Part shown: positions 50,192 to 62,815 of the stretch, one piece after another
Layout: each line of letters opens with the position of its first letter
Position numbering within the stretch: the first letter of the stretch is position 1
Source: Squalus acanthias
Taxonomy: Eukaryota
DNA: 64,000 bases
Assembly: GCA_030390025.1 (NCBI GenBank)
Contig: CM059432.1
Location: 44,518,001-44,582,000, forward strand
Direction of reading: 5' to 3'
The notes under the pieces: generated by a model
What the model saw: only the letters and a program-made list of their open reading frames with translations
Told to the model about the DNA's origin: nothing
Databases searched by the model: none
Made by a program: the position numbers and the translations under genes

Positions 50192-53100
50192 TAGAACGTA
50201 AGAACATAAGAACATAAGACGTAGGAGCAGGAGTAGGTCATTTGGCCCCTTGAGCCTGCTCTGCCATTCAATAAGATCATGGCTGATCTGATCTTGGCCT
50301 CAACTCCACTTCCCTGCCCGCTCCCCATAACCCTTGACTCCCCTACCATTCAAAAATCTGTCTATCTCCACCTTAAATATATTCAATGGCCCAGCCTCCA
50401 CAACTCTCTGGGGAAGAGAATTCCAAAGATTCACGACCTTTTGAGAGAATAAATTCCTCGTTGTTTAAGTTTTAAATGGGTGCCCCCTTATTCTGAAATT
50501 ATGCCCCCTAGTTCTAGATTCCCCCACGAGGGGAAACATCCTCTCTGCATCTACCCTGTCAAGCTCCTTCAGAATCTTATAAGTTTCAATAAGATCCCCT
50601 CTCATTCTTCTAAACTCCAATGAGTATAGGCCCAACCTGCTCAACCTTTCTTCATAAGACAACCCCTTCATCTCCAGAATCAACCACTTGAACCTTCTCT
50701 GAACTGTCTCCAATGCAAGTATATCCTTTCTTAAATAAGGAGACCAAAACTGTACGCAGTACTCCAGATGTGGTCTTACCAACGCTCTGTACAGTTGTAA
50801 CAGGACTTCCCTGCTTTTATACTCCATTCCCTTTGCAATAAAGGTCAACATTCCATTTGCCTTCCTAATTACTTGCTGTACCTGCATGCTAACGTTTTGT
50901 GATTCATGTACAAGGACCCCCAGATCCCTCTGTACCTCAGCATTTTGTAATCTCTCCCCATTTAAATAATAATTAGCTTTTTTATTTTTCCTACCAAAGT
51001 GGATAACCTCGCATTTTCCCACGTTATACTCCATCTGCCAGATTTTTGCCAACTCACTTAGCCTATCTATATCCCTTTGGAGATTCTTTGCGTCCTCCAC
51101 ACAATTTGCTTTCCCACCTATCTTTGTATCATCAGCAAATTTGGCTACATTACACTCGGTCCCTTCATCCAAGTCATTAATATAGATTGTAAATAGTTGA
51201 GGTCCCAGCACTGATCCCTGCGGCACCCCACTAGTTACAATTTGCCAACCTGAAAATGACCCATTTATCCCGACTCTCTGTTTTCTGTTAGTTAGCCAAT
51301 CCTCTATCCATGCTAATATATTACCTCTAACCCCGTGAGCTCTTATCTTGTGCCTTTTATGTGGCACCTGATCGAATGCCTCTGGAAATCCAAATACACG
51401 ACATCTACTGTTTCCCCTTTATCCACCCCGCTCGTTACATCCTCAAAGAACTCCAGCAAATTTGTCAAACATGATTTCTCTTTCATAAAACCATGCTGAC
51501 TCTGCTTGACTATATTATGATTTTCTAAATGTCCTGCTACCACTTCCATAATGATGGACTCCAGCATTTTCCCAATGACAGATGTTAGGCTAACTGGTCT
51601 ATAGTTGCCTGCTTTCTGTCTCCCTCCTTTCTTAAATAGAGGCATTACGTTTGTGGTTTTCCAGTCCGCTGGGACCTCTCCAGAATCCAGGAAATTTTGG
51701 TAGATTACTACCAATGCATCCACTATCTCTGCAGCCACCTCTTTTAAGACCCTAGGATGCAGGCCATCGGGTCCAGGGGACTTGTCCACCTTTAGTCCCA
51801 TTAGTTTGCCTAGTACTTTTTTTCTAGTGATAGTGATTGTTTTAAGTTACCCCCCCCCCCCCACCCCGCCACCCCAATAGCCCCTTGATTATCCATTTTT
51901 GGGATGCTTTTAGTGTCTTCTACCGTGAAGACCGATACAAAATATTTGTTCAAAGTCTCCGCCATTTCCCTGTTTCCCATTATTAATTCCCCAGACTCAT
52001 CCTCTAGGAGACCAACATTTAATTTAGCTGCTCTCTTCCTTTTTATATACCTGTAGAAGCTCTTACTGTCTGTTTTTATATTTCTTGCTAGCTTACTCTC
52101 ATAAGCTATCTTCTCTCTCTTTATCATCTTTTTAGTCGTCCTTTGCTGGTTTTTAAAAATTTCCCAATCCTCTGGCCTTTCACTATTCTTCACAACATTG
52201 TATGCCTTTGTTTTCAATTTGATACCATCCTTTACTTCCTTAGTTAGTCACGGATGGTTCATTCTTCTCTTAGAGTCTTTCTTTCTCACAGGAATATATC
52301 TTTGTTGTGAGTTATGAAATATCTCCTTAAATGTTTGCCACTGCTTTTCTACAGTCTTACCCTGTAATATATTTTCCCAGTCCACTTTAACCAAGTCTGC
52401 CTTCATACCTTTGTAATTACAGGAAACTCTCGTTTAAACGGCACCTAAATATCCGGAAATCTCTATTAACCAGCAAAATTCAGGAGTAGGTTCAGGTAAG
52501 TTTTACTGTATATTAGTGGCCATGTAATCGGGGTTCCTGCACCTGTGGCTGTGTAACAGGGACTCCTGGATCTGTGGCCGTGTAACCGGTGTGCTGTGTA
52601 ACGGGGCTCTTGTACCTTGGTAGGTATACCTCTCCGTTATCCGGAATTTTTAATCAACCGGCACCATCCCGGTCCCGTCGGTGCCGGATACCAAAGAGTT
52701 TCCTGTACCTTTATTTAAGTTCAGGACACTAGTTTGAGACCTAGCTTTCTCAGCCTCAAACTGAATTTGAAATTCTACCATGCTATGGTCACTCTTCCCA
52801 AGAGGATCCTTCACTTTGAGATCATTAATTAACCCAGCCTCGTTACACATTACCAGATCTAAAATAGTCTGCTCCCTGGTTGGTTCCACAACGTATTGTT
52901 CCAAGAAACCATCCCATATACACTCTAAAAACTCTTCCTCAAGTCTACCTTCGCCAATTTGTTTTGTCCAATCAATATGAAGATTAAAATCAATAACGAT
53001 TATAGCCACACCTTTCTTACAAGCCTCTATTATTTCTTGATTTATACACTGTCCTACAGTTTGGCTACTGTTTGGGGGCCTGTAGACCACTCCCACCAGT

Positions 53101-54743
53101 GACTTCTTACCCTTATTATTTCTTATCTCCACCCAAACTGATTCTATGTCTTGCTCTTCTAAGCCAATATCATTTCTCACTACTGCACTGATCTCATCCC
53201 TTATTAACAGAGCTACACCACCTCCTTTTCCTTTCTGCCTATCCTTACGAAATGGCAAATACCCCTGAATATTCAGTTCCCAGCTTTGGTCACCTTGCAA
53301 CCACGTCTCTGTAATGGCTATCAGATCATACCCATTTATTTCTATTTGTGCTGTCAACTCATCTATCTTGTTACGAATGCTGTGTGCGTTCAGATATAGA
53401 GCTTTTAATTTTGTCTTACCATTTTTCCCTACTCTGACCCCTCTTTCTGATGCACTCTTATGTGTATACACTCTGTCCCTTCCTGTCTCACTCTAGTGAT
53501 CATTACCCCTATCGCTACCCTGCACTTTTGCCTTCTCATTTTTCTTTGACTTTTTAAATTTCCGCTCAGTAGATCCCTCCCCCCCACTATTTAGTTTAAA
53601 GCCCTATCTACAGCCCTAGTTATTTGATTCGCCAGGACACTGGTCCCAGCCTGGTTCAAATGAAGCCCGTCCCAACAGAACAGCTCCCTCTTACCCCAGT
53701 ACTGGTGCCAGTGCCCCAAGAATCGAAACCCATTTCTCCCACACCAATCTTTGGGCCACTCGTTCATCTCTCTGATTTATTTACCCTATGCTAATTTGCA
53801 TGTGGCTCAGGTAGTAATCCAGAGATTACTACCTTTGTAGTTCTGCTTTTTAATTTAGCCCCTAGCTGCTCATACTCCTTCAGCAGAACCTCTTTCTTTG
53901 TCCTACCTATGTCGTTGGTACCTACATGGAGCACGACAGCTGGATCTTTCCCCTCCCACTCTAAGTTCCTCTCCAGCCCAGGGGAGATGTCCTTTACCCT
54001 GGTAGGCAACACAGCCTTCGGGATTCACGCTTTTGGCTGCAGAGAACAATGTCTATCCCCCTAACTATACTGTCCCCTACCACTACCACATTTCTTTTTG
54101 CTCCCCCCACTTGAATGGCTCCCTGTACCACGGTGCCGTGGTTAGTTTGCTCATCCTCACTGCAGTCCCTGCTCTCGCCCACACAGAGAGTAAGAACCTC
54201 GTAACTGTTGGACAAGAGCAAGAGCTGAGGCTCCTCCACCACTACCTCCTGGGTCCCCATACCTGCATCGCTCGTAGTCACACCCACCGGTCCCTGACCA
54301 CGGACCAAATTAGAATTCATTAATCTAAGGGGTGTGACTGCCTCCTGGAATACAGTGTCCAGGTAACTCTCCCCCTCCCTGATGTGTCGCAGTGTTTGAA
54401 GCTCGGACTCCAGCTCATCAACACGGAGCCAAAGTTCCTCGAGCAACCAACACTTACTGCAAATGTGGTCGCCGTGGACCTCAATGGTGTCCACCAGCTC
54501 CCACATGTTGCAGCAGTAACACATCGCCTGCCCTGCCATCTCTAATGTATTTAATTAATTAAGTGTTTAAGTTTTGAACGTTTAGTTTTTAATCCCGGCT
54601 CTTAATTTAAACCAATGCCCAAGAAAATGAGAGGAAGACTGACCAACCAATCGCTTCCCTGCTTCCCGTGGCATCACACTTTGAATCTTTCTACTTCTTA
54701 CCCTCCCAGGTCGGTTGGCGCTGCTCCGGGCTCGCTCTCTTGT
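50192..54743 (-). mobile_element. Full-length CR1 LINE (5'UTR, ORF1 from 54539 to about 53590, ORF2 from about 53471 to 50300, tail)
   Basis: ORF1: CYCCNMWE..CSKC zinc finger, coiled coil and SGNH esterase motifs (VVGDSIVRG, HVGTND). ORF2: APE (AITETW, SDH) plus RT (KFADD). Several frameshifts. Confidence 0.93.
52420..52705. mobile_element. Tigger/pogo-like (Tc1-mariner) MITE, 286 bp
   Basis: TA TSD and a 26-bp imperfect TIR CAGGAAACTCT...CGGCACC. Removing it restores CR1 ORF2 (LNKG|NYKGMK). Confidence 0.88.
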
Positions 54744-56730
54744 GATGTGGAGGCAGGTGGCCCAGTACGTCTCGGCCAGAAGAGTGGTCCACAGGGTTCC
54801 CATCCAGTGCCGCAAGAAGTTCAATGACCTCACTCGGGTGGTCAGGGTGAGTACATGCCTCAAAAACCTCTACATGCCACCATCTCAACCTCACTCTGTG
54901 CACAGACGCTATAAACTGCCAAATCCCCAACACCTGCTCAAAGTCACATCCACATCTCACGCCTTGCATACATTAACAGCTATTTAACTATGGTAGGCAT
55001 ATCTGCCAAACACATGGCTGCACACTCACTCACACGCTGTCCTTTTTCTTGCAGGCCAAGCTTGCTCATAACAGGAGGAAGCAGCAACGCACGGGAGGAG
55101 GTCAGGCAGAGCTGCACCCCTTTACAGACCTAGAGGAGCGAGTGCACAACATTATTGCAGCCCAGGTCGTGGGCACTGTGGCAGTCGGAGAGGCCGACCC
55201 CCTTGGGGACAACAACGGTATGTTCATCACCTCTCCCTCTTCTCTCATACCACTTCCCCCTCACACCACAAGCCCTTCCCACTTTCCATCTAAGTATATT
55301 GTCTCCATTCCTTGCTCCCTTCCTGCCCCCCCTTCCCCTGACTTTAACCCCACTCTTGTGCCTTCATGCTTTCAGATAATCAGCCACCATCTGACCAGCC
55401 TGTCGCTCAGCCTCCCAGTGGCAGCGACGTGGGAGAGGAGGAGGAACAACAAGACAGAGCCTCACTGCCAGTGTCTCCTGAGGGCGAGATGTCTGACAAT
55501 GGGGCATGCGATCGCTGGAGGGGAGCAGAGGAAATGGGTCTGATGTGGGTGAAGCTCCGGGACCCAGCGGGCTGCAGCAATGCCACGGGGAAACGGAAGC
55601 TCGGGGACCATCTCCCCGGAGGGTGAGTTCACGCATGAGTTCTGCTGCACAGGACTCGGATGAGGACCTCGATGTCGAGGTGATGACTACACAGGTGATG
55701 AGCATGCACACTGAGCTCACGGGTGCAATGGCAAGGGTGCCCGAGAGCATGGATGCACTGGCTAGGAGCATGGAGGAGTCCACCTCCAGCACTGCACTCA
55801 TCTCTGCGCAAACCCTCAAGCCCATCCTTGGCCGTTTGCGAAGGATGGTTGACTCGCAGAGAGACCGTGGGGACCCAAACCTCATGCCGCGTGTCATGGG
55901 TGAGGTGGCCGCAGATATTGCAGCATAGGCTGAAACAATGCAATGGCTTAGTGCTGTAATGGAGTCAGAGGTTGGTGGCATCCAATCTCAGACTGCTCTC
56001 ATGCAGTCTCAGATTGATGCCATGCAAGCGCTGGCTGCTGCCATCATCTCAGGGTCGTCCACAGTCTACCAGGGATCTCACGGTGCCGCAGCAGGCCAGC
56101 AATCTGTGCTCGAGCAGATTGCTCCGGATGCTGTGGTTCTACCCCAGGGGAGTGGCAGTGTGTTGGTCGAGCAAGAAGGTGCTGTCCTCTCTCAGGATTA
56201 CAGCATTCCTGCTCCCACCATTGCCACTCCACCATTGCACTTGCCGCAGCCTGTAACCCAGCCAGCCCAGACTGCTGCCGCCCATGCAGAGTTGGTGCAG
56301 TCTGCAGCCAGGCCCTCCAGGCCCAGAGCTGGTCAAGGGCGTCCTGCAAGGCGATCTTCAGTCTCTGGCTCCCAGACTCAGCAGCCTTCCTCCAGCCTTG
56401 CTGCAGCCACTGGGGCCACATTACGGAGGAGCAGTAGGGTTAGGAGGGGGGAATTGCAAAGGGGAGGGAAAAAATTGAGGAAGGGTGAGTAAATAATACG
56501 TTATTAGCAAATGGGGGGAGTGTGTGTAAATAATTTGTTGTGTTTGTTGATAAATTGTTGTGTTTGTTTATTATTGGTTGTGTTTAATAAGAGAGAGTTG
56601 TGCACAATAATAAATTTTTAATTCGACGTAGCACATTTTGTAATGTTTCTCATTTGACCTTTGATGACAGGGGCTGCGAGCTGGCTGTAATGATGTGGTT
56701 GTTCTGCACAAAGGCCATGTGCTATCTCAT

Positions 56731-57902
56731 TTATTGGAAGCGCTGTGTAATGAGGCGATAATGAACGGCCCTTGCAGAAGCAAGATTGAGTGCCTCCCTC
56801 CTATGTTGGTGCTGCTCCTCCTCCTCTTCATCCTCCTCCTCTGCCTCCTCCTCCGCCTCTCCCTCTTCCTCCTCTTGAGGTGGACCTACAATCCCTGGTG
56901 GCAATGGCTGGGCCCTCAGAATGGCCAGGTTGTGCAGCATGCAGCACACAACAATGAAAAGGGAGACTCGATCAGGGAAGTACTGCAGGGCTCCTCCAGA
57001 GCGGTCAAGGCAGCGGAACCATTGATTTAGCACCCCGATAGTCTGTTCGATCAGGTTCCTGGTGGCACTATGGCTATCATTGTATGCGTGCTGAGCAAAA
57101 GTGTTGGGGTTGCGGAGGGGTGTCATCAGCCAGGTGGCAAGTGGATAACCCCTGTCTTCGAGCAGCCAGCTGCGAGCTTCATGCAGTGGGTGGAATGGTG
57201 CTGGGACTCCGGTCTGCTGCAGGATGATTGTATCGTGGCTGCTGCCAGGATAGCGGGCATTGACGGCAATGATGAGCTGTCTGTGGTCGCACACCAACTG
57301 AACGTTCAGAGAGTGGTAGGCTTTGCGGTTATGGAGGATCTCTGCATTGTGATGAGGTGCCCGCAATGCCACATGGGTGCAGTCAATGGCACCCTGAACC
57401 ATGGGGAAGCCCGCTGTCCTTGCAAGCCACATGAGCATTCATCCTGTTTCTCCCTGGTCATGGGGAATGAGATGTACTCCCTTCTCCTTCTGTACAGAGC
57501 GTCTGTCACCTCCCAGATGCGAATGGCGAACTGCGAAATGTTTGCAATATCCCCTATTGAAGCCTGGAAGGAGCCGCTGGGGTAGAAATTGAGAGCGACT
57601 GTGACCTTCACTGCCATTGAGAGAGACGTCCTGGTCCTGAGCTGAGGCTGGAGGTTTGGCTGCAGGAGGTGACAAAGCTCTGTGGCCACCTCCTTGCTGA
57701 AGCGGAGCCTTCTAAGGTACTGCTCCTCTGAGAGATGAATGTAGGAGAACTGCTCCCGGAATACCCTGGCAGGGTAAGGCCTCCAGTTGAGAGCCCTGTT
57801 GGCCCTCCTCCCTCTGGCCACGTTTTCCAATCTTTCTCTCTGCCTCCGCTGTCTCCGACAGTGATACTAGAGGGCGAGGTCCAGTGCCAGTACAGCCCCC
57901 AT
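56731..57902 (-). pseudogene. Harbinger D transposase with an early stop and a frameshift
   Basis: MGAVLALDLAL*...; [40 protein letters not shown] and an acidic tail. Confidence 0.9.
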
Positions 57903-58381
57903 TAAGTGTTGGAAATTTTGCAGTATCTAATGTAACACAAATGAAAGTAATACATTTTTCTCAGGAGCAAAACTCTTTCAAGTAGAAAAAACTTCAAATG
58001 GGTCAAAACGCCTGTCTGCTCCTGTTAAACTGACAAGGCAGCATTGACTAAAAAAAAACAGAAGTTCACTCCTTTAAATTGCGCTCCTCCAGCTCTCAGC
58101 CGACTGCAAACCGCCTCCTCTACCTGTCCTTCGTAATGGCAGGCGCTGAGGCAGGGGACGAGAATGGATTTCTGGTCCGGGGCGCTACCGGGGCGTTGCG
58201 CGGCTGGATGACATCACCATCTCCGGCTGCAGGCGGGCGTGGCGATAATGGTTAGCGCCGCCGCAAACCGCCAGGTGAATTTTGCTGGCAGCACTAACAT
58301 CGCCGCGCCCGAGTGGCAAGTCGTTAGCGCCCCCCGGAGGTGCTAATGGGAGGTGCTAAGCTACCGAATTTCTCGCCCCAA

Positions 58382-58790
58382 GGGGGAAAAATTCAGTATC
58401 GACCATTTTGGGGCATTAACTTCGCCTGGGCGCTAACTTTACCGCCCAGCGCTAATTAGTGCCAGCGACCGCAAAATTCAGTTTTAGCGCCCCAAGAGGG
58501 AGGTGGAGCGCTAACCTCGAATATCGGGACGGTGCGTTCTGCAGCGCTACGCACTGGCCCACGTAGTGCTACCACATGGAAGGGCTCTTCCCCTCATTAA
58601 AAGGGAGGGCCCAAGCCCACAACTCTGTGGGGCCCTACCTGGACCACCAGGGAGCGGGGTGCCATGCCAGCAGCGCGGCACTCAAGAGGAGTGCCAGGCT
58701 ACCAGATAGCGGCATGGACAGAATTTAGTGGGAGTCGTTAGCAGCGCCGCGCACGGGCGAAAGGTCATTTGTGCCCCGCTAAAGAACCCA
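58382..58790. mobile_element. Second copy of the element D left end, directly after the TSD of D
   Basis: 58382-58515 aligns with 49695-49830 (GGGGGAAAAATT..GCCTGGGCGCTAACTTT..GAGCGCTAA); the far TIR is eroded. Confidence 0.82.
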
Positions 58791-58899
58791 ATTGTGTCTT
58801 TCCTCATAACTCAGACCCCTGACATTAGGATCAGTCTGGTGGCTCCTCTCTACACTTCCTCCAGTGTCTCTCTTGTGTCTTGGCTACCAGATAAAATGG

Positions 58900-59992
58900 T
58901 GCCTGGTTCCATTCTTAGCTATCTAATTTTAGCCAGAAAATCACCTGCAACGGCTTCTCTTCCCGCTCCCACATCGTTACCTCTGGTGTCCCCCAAGGAT
59001 CTATCCTTGGTCCCCTCCTCTTTCTCATCTACATGTTGCCCCTTGGCGACATCATCCGAAAACACGGCGTCAGTTTCCATATGTACGCTGACGACACCCA
59101 GCTCTACCTCACTACCTCTTCTCTCGACCCCTCCACAGTTTCTAAATTGTCAGACTGCTTATCCGACATCCAGTCATTGTTTTCGGTCCCCACCACAAAC
59201 TCCGTTCCCTAGCCACTGACTCCATCCCTCCCCCTAACATCTTTCTGAGGCTGAACCAAACTGTTCGCAACCTTGGTGTCATATTTGACCCTGAAATGAG
59301 CTTCCGACCACAATCCGCAGCATAACAAAGACCGCCTACTTCCACCTCTGTAACATCGCCCGTCTCCGCAGTTGCCTCAGCTCATCCGCTGCTGAAACCC
59401 TCATCCATGCCTTGTTACCTCTAGACTTGACTATTCCAACGCACTCCTGGCTGGCCTCCCACATTCTACCCTACATAAAATTGAGGTGATCCAAAACTCA
59501 GGCTGCCCATGTCCTAACTCGCACCAAGTCCCATTCGCCCATCACCCCTGTGCTCGCTGACCTACATTGGCTCCCGGTTAAGCAGCGCCTCAATTTCAAA
59601 ATTCTCATCCTTGTTTTCAAATCCCTCCATGGTCTCGCCCCTTGCTATCTCTGTAATCTGCTTCAGCCGCACAACCCCCCGAGATATCTGCACTCCTCTA
59701 ATTCTGCCCTCCTGAGCATCCCTGATTATAATTGCTCAACCATTGGTGGCCGTGCCTTCTGTTGCCTCGACCCTAAGCTCTGGAATTCCCTGCCTAAACC
59801 TCTCCGTCTCTCTTTCCTCCTTTAAGACGCTCCTTAAAACCTACCTCTTTGACCAAGCTTTTGGTTACCTGCCCTAATTTCTCCTTATGTGGCTCGGTGT
59901 CAAATTTTTTGTCCTATAATACTCCTGTGAAGCGCCTTGGGACGTTTTACTGCGTTAAAGGCGCTATATAAATACAAGTTGTTGTTGTTGTA
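58900..59992 (+). mobile_element. L2 LINE 3' part
   Basis: [33 protein letters not shown], (TGT)n tail. Confidence 0.9.
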
Positions 59993-61026
59993 GGTGGTGT
60001 ATTGTGTTCAATTTTGGGCAATCAACAACAGTCTTTTTGTTGCAATCAACAACAGTCTAGGACAGACCAGTAACAGTGTCTCTGAAACAATCTTTACTAA
60101 AGATCTTACTGGCTCAGTATACATCAGAATAAATATTTGCATCCATCCGTCTTCTTATATATTACCTTTCCCTTTGGGCTTCCAATAAAGAATGGGAACC
60201 TATTCTAACTATTCGGAAGCTGTGATATTTGCTCTGATTATATTTAAAACTGAATTTTTTTTTATTTATAATTCCAAAAATACAAGTTTAGCATGAATAA
60301 ACTTCTAATTCTATTCAAAAATTTTTTTAGGCTGTTTCATTTGCTTATCTTTGGCGCTCTCGGTAAACCGCGTGAGTCGGTCGAGGACCACAGGTCCCAT
60401 TCTGTCCAACTGGGTCCTACGGTCCCAATCCCGGGCGCTCTGCGGACCGGCTGCCCCAAAGATTTACAGTCGCCACTCTCCCGTCCTGTGGCTTATTCGT
60501 TTTTCATTTGAAATCGAATTTTTTCCAACTTTAATTCTTAAAAAAGGCGGTGATGTAGCTTTAACGCCGCTGCTTTCAATTAAAGGTTCAAATATTTCAC
60601 TGAAAAAATATATATACAGATCCAAGTGCAACAAATATTTTATCCAAAAACCCTTGCATTTATTCACCATTGTCAGCAATAGAACACGACACCATATATA
60701 TTCGAAGTACTTCTTCATCACTTCGCTGGCTCCCAGGATTTCTATTCAGGAGCATTCATCATTATGGTACTTAAAATATTTGATAATCCATTTCTCCTCT
60801 TAAAATACAAATCTCGTTCCTCATTTCGCTTCCCCACACACTCGCTCACACATTCGGAGCTGATTAAAGATTACAGCACTGTGTACATTCCACCTACCTA
60901 TTCCCAAAGTAAGAAGAAATAAAGTGCGGACAGCTTGTGCTGCAGTTGCTGCCGTGATAACTCAGGCTAGTTAGGAATAACCATGTTAGGTTGATTATAT
61001 TGTACAGAATTGTAGTTGGTACTCAC

Positions 61027-61125
61027 ATCAAGGAAAATCGACATGCCTTTCTTCAGCTGGAGCGGAGATCTGGCATCACAATCTGATGCTTCTGTTGGAA
61101 AAGGAAGTATTTCCGGACAAGCCAT
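61027..61125 (-). CDS. NECAB1: NECAB1 coding exon 1 (MACPEILPFPTEASDCDARSPLQLKKGMSIFLD)
   Basis: ATG at 61125-61123, 33 codons, followed by a GTGAGT donor (phase 0). KGMSIFLD matches my recollection of the vertebrate NECAB1 N-terminus, and the exon splices in frame to the two exons below. Confidence 0.9.
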
Positions 61126-61710
61126 GATTTAATAGATTTACTATTTTAAAAAAAACTAACAAACTTGATGGCTTTGTTCGTCTGAATTGAGGCTTAATGA
61201 AATAGTAAGAAAAGCAGCACAACTCTCTGTGCAAATGTCTTCCTGACGACTGCCTCTGCGATTTGTTGGTGCTGTGGTTTGGTTTTGCTCAGGAGAGAGT
61301 GCTGCTGCTGCCCGCCGTTCGCTGAAGGTATCGGGACTGTGCTGTCACTCGCACGCACTCATTCACAAGTCGGAGCCTCCCAGCTCACAAGCATTATCCT
61401 GGGCATAACCGAGCAAAGATACTGCTGGCTCCACACAACCTCCGCTCAAAAAACACTGTGGCGCTGGCTGGGCACATTATTACCATAGCATGCAGCACAC
61501 CGCTCTCTCCTGTTCTGTCTGTCTCTCACCCCTTCTCTGCTCACCCCTTCATTTTCTCTTCATCTCCTCATAGTACCTTTTCTCCCCCTCTAGTTTGATC
61601 TCCTTTTCTGGTTTGTGTGGGGTTTTTTCTGATTTGCTTTTTCTTGCTCCTCTTTCCTGGTGTTCTCTCTCATTTTTTCATTTACTTTTTCTCCTTTACT
61701 GGTTTTCTCT
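61126..61710 (-). promoter_or_regulatory. Probable NECAB1 5'UTR and proximal promoter
   Basis: Unique, TE-free sequence directly upstream of the ATG, relatively CpG-rich (as is 60340-60500), followed by a polypurine/polypyrimidine tract at about 61500-61710. TSS cannot be fixed from sequence. Confidence 0.5.
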
Positions 61711-61716
61711 CACTTT

Positions 61717-61901
61717 GAGCGTAATTTTGACTTTAGCCGATAGTGTAAAACGGGCGATATCAATGCAGCCGCCCGAAAAACATCTGTCCCAATTTTCACT
61801 TCCATTGAAGCCAATGCAAATGAAAATTGGGACAAATGTATAACCCGCAGCTGGATGGACATTGCCTGTTTTACACTATCCACCCTGCCAAAATTACCCC
61901 C
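61717..61901. mobile_element. Palindromic Harbinger-type MITE upstream of NECAB1
   Basis: TIRs GAGCGTAATTTTG and CAAAATTACCCCC, TSD TTT, nested inverted repeats gatagtgtaaaac/gttttacactatc and tgtcccaattttca/tgaaaattgggaca. Confidence 0.75.
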
Positions 61902-62600
61902 TTTCTCCCTTTCTGGTTTTCTCTATTTCTTTCTCACTCGCCATCCTTTTTCGATTTGTTCTCTCTCTCTATCTGTCTCGCTCCCCTCTTGTAGTTAAAT
62001 GTTTGGTAAAATAATGTAATCTGCAGTATTGCGTTTGATACTATCAATCTGTTATTTCTAATTAACATGTTCTTGTGGTTTATAGTCTATGCCACAGACT
62101 GATATAATAGCTATTTTAGTCTAAGATATCATGAGAGGGTTCATGCCATATCCAGCGAGTTGAACACAGTAACAATAGTTTTTGTCCAACCCCCAGGCAA
62201 TGCTACAAATCCACAAATTATGTGTATAGGGCCACACTTTGGTTTGCAGGGAGCAAGGGCACACTGATGAGATGGTCCATGACATTGAGCATAAAATAAA
62301 TATCTGAGCAAAGCCCAAAAACTTAACAGTTGCATTTGTGACTTTTGATCAAGATTTGTGCCGATTCAATTGTTCCAATATCGCTAAATCTGTGCAAGTA
62401 AAACCGTGTTAATTTGGCACAATGGTAACTGGGTCATAATATGAAATCACATTCATGAGAAGTGGTTCTGTGATGTAACTGGAGTATTAGATAAGACTGG
62501 CTACAATAACTGGTTGCACATACAATAAGGCAAGCCAAAAAAAAAAACAGCACCCTGCACAGATCTAACAAATGAAAACAGCCCAACTCCTTCTATGGGA

Positions 62601-62815
62601 ATACAATAGCAAAATACTGCGGATGCTGGAAATCTGAAATAACAACAGAAAATGCTGGAAGCACTCAGCAGGCCAGGCAGCATCCGTGGAGAGAGAAACA
62701 GAGTTAACGTTTCAGGTCTGGGACCCTTCATCAGAATTCTGAAACGTTAACTCTGTTTCTCTCTCCACGGATGCTGCCTGGCCTACTGAGTGCTTCCAGC
62801 ATTTTCTGTTGTTAT
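62601..62815. mobile_element. Young Penelope-type inverted-repeat insertion
   Basis: 13-bp TSD TCCTTCTATGGGA (62588-62600 / 62816-62828); 78-bp inverted arms at 62638-62715 and 62739-62816 with one mismatch. Confidence 0.8.
62702..62738 (-). ncRNA. Minimal type I hammerhead ribozyme motif
   Basis: Minus strand AATT-CTGATGA-A-GGGTC-cca-GACCT-GAAA-CG-TT-AACT: intact core, stem II, palindromic AACGTT stem III, partial stem I. Confidence 0.62.

Larger units (their letters stand above)
50050..56492 (+). pseudogene. Harbinger D Myb/SANT gene; exon 1 at 50050-50191 + 54744-54846, exon 2 at 55055-55217, exon 3 at 55376-56492
   Basis: MADQRPRERARRFSAQALEALV..|MWRQVA..IQCRKKFNDLTRVVR, with the same intron phases (0, 1) as B. 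Frameshift near 55505 and a stop at 55926. Confidence 0.85.
49695..58378. mobile_element. Near-complete PIF/Harbinger element D containing a full-length CR1
   Basis: TIRs GGGGGAAAAATTTGGTA and TACCGAATTTCTCGCCC, TSD CAA, convergent Myb (+) and transposase (-) genes. Confidence 0.92.

Noticed and set aside
60464..60721. 85-aa ORF as an alternative NECAB1 first exon
   Set aside because: No resemblance to NECAB proteins and no suitable donor site seen.
60870..60940. REST/NRSE site near the neuronal gene start
   Set aside because: Only scattered half-site matches (CAGCAC, GGACAG) with too many mismatches.
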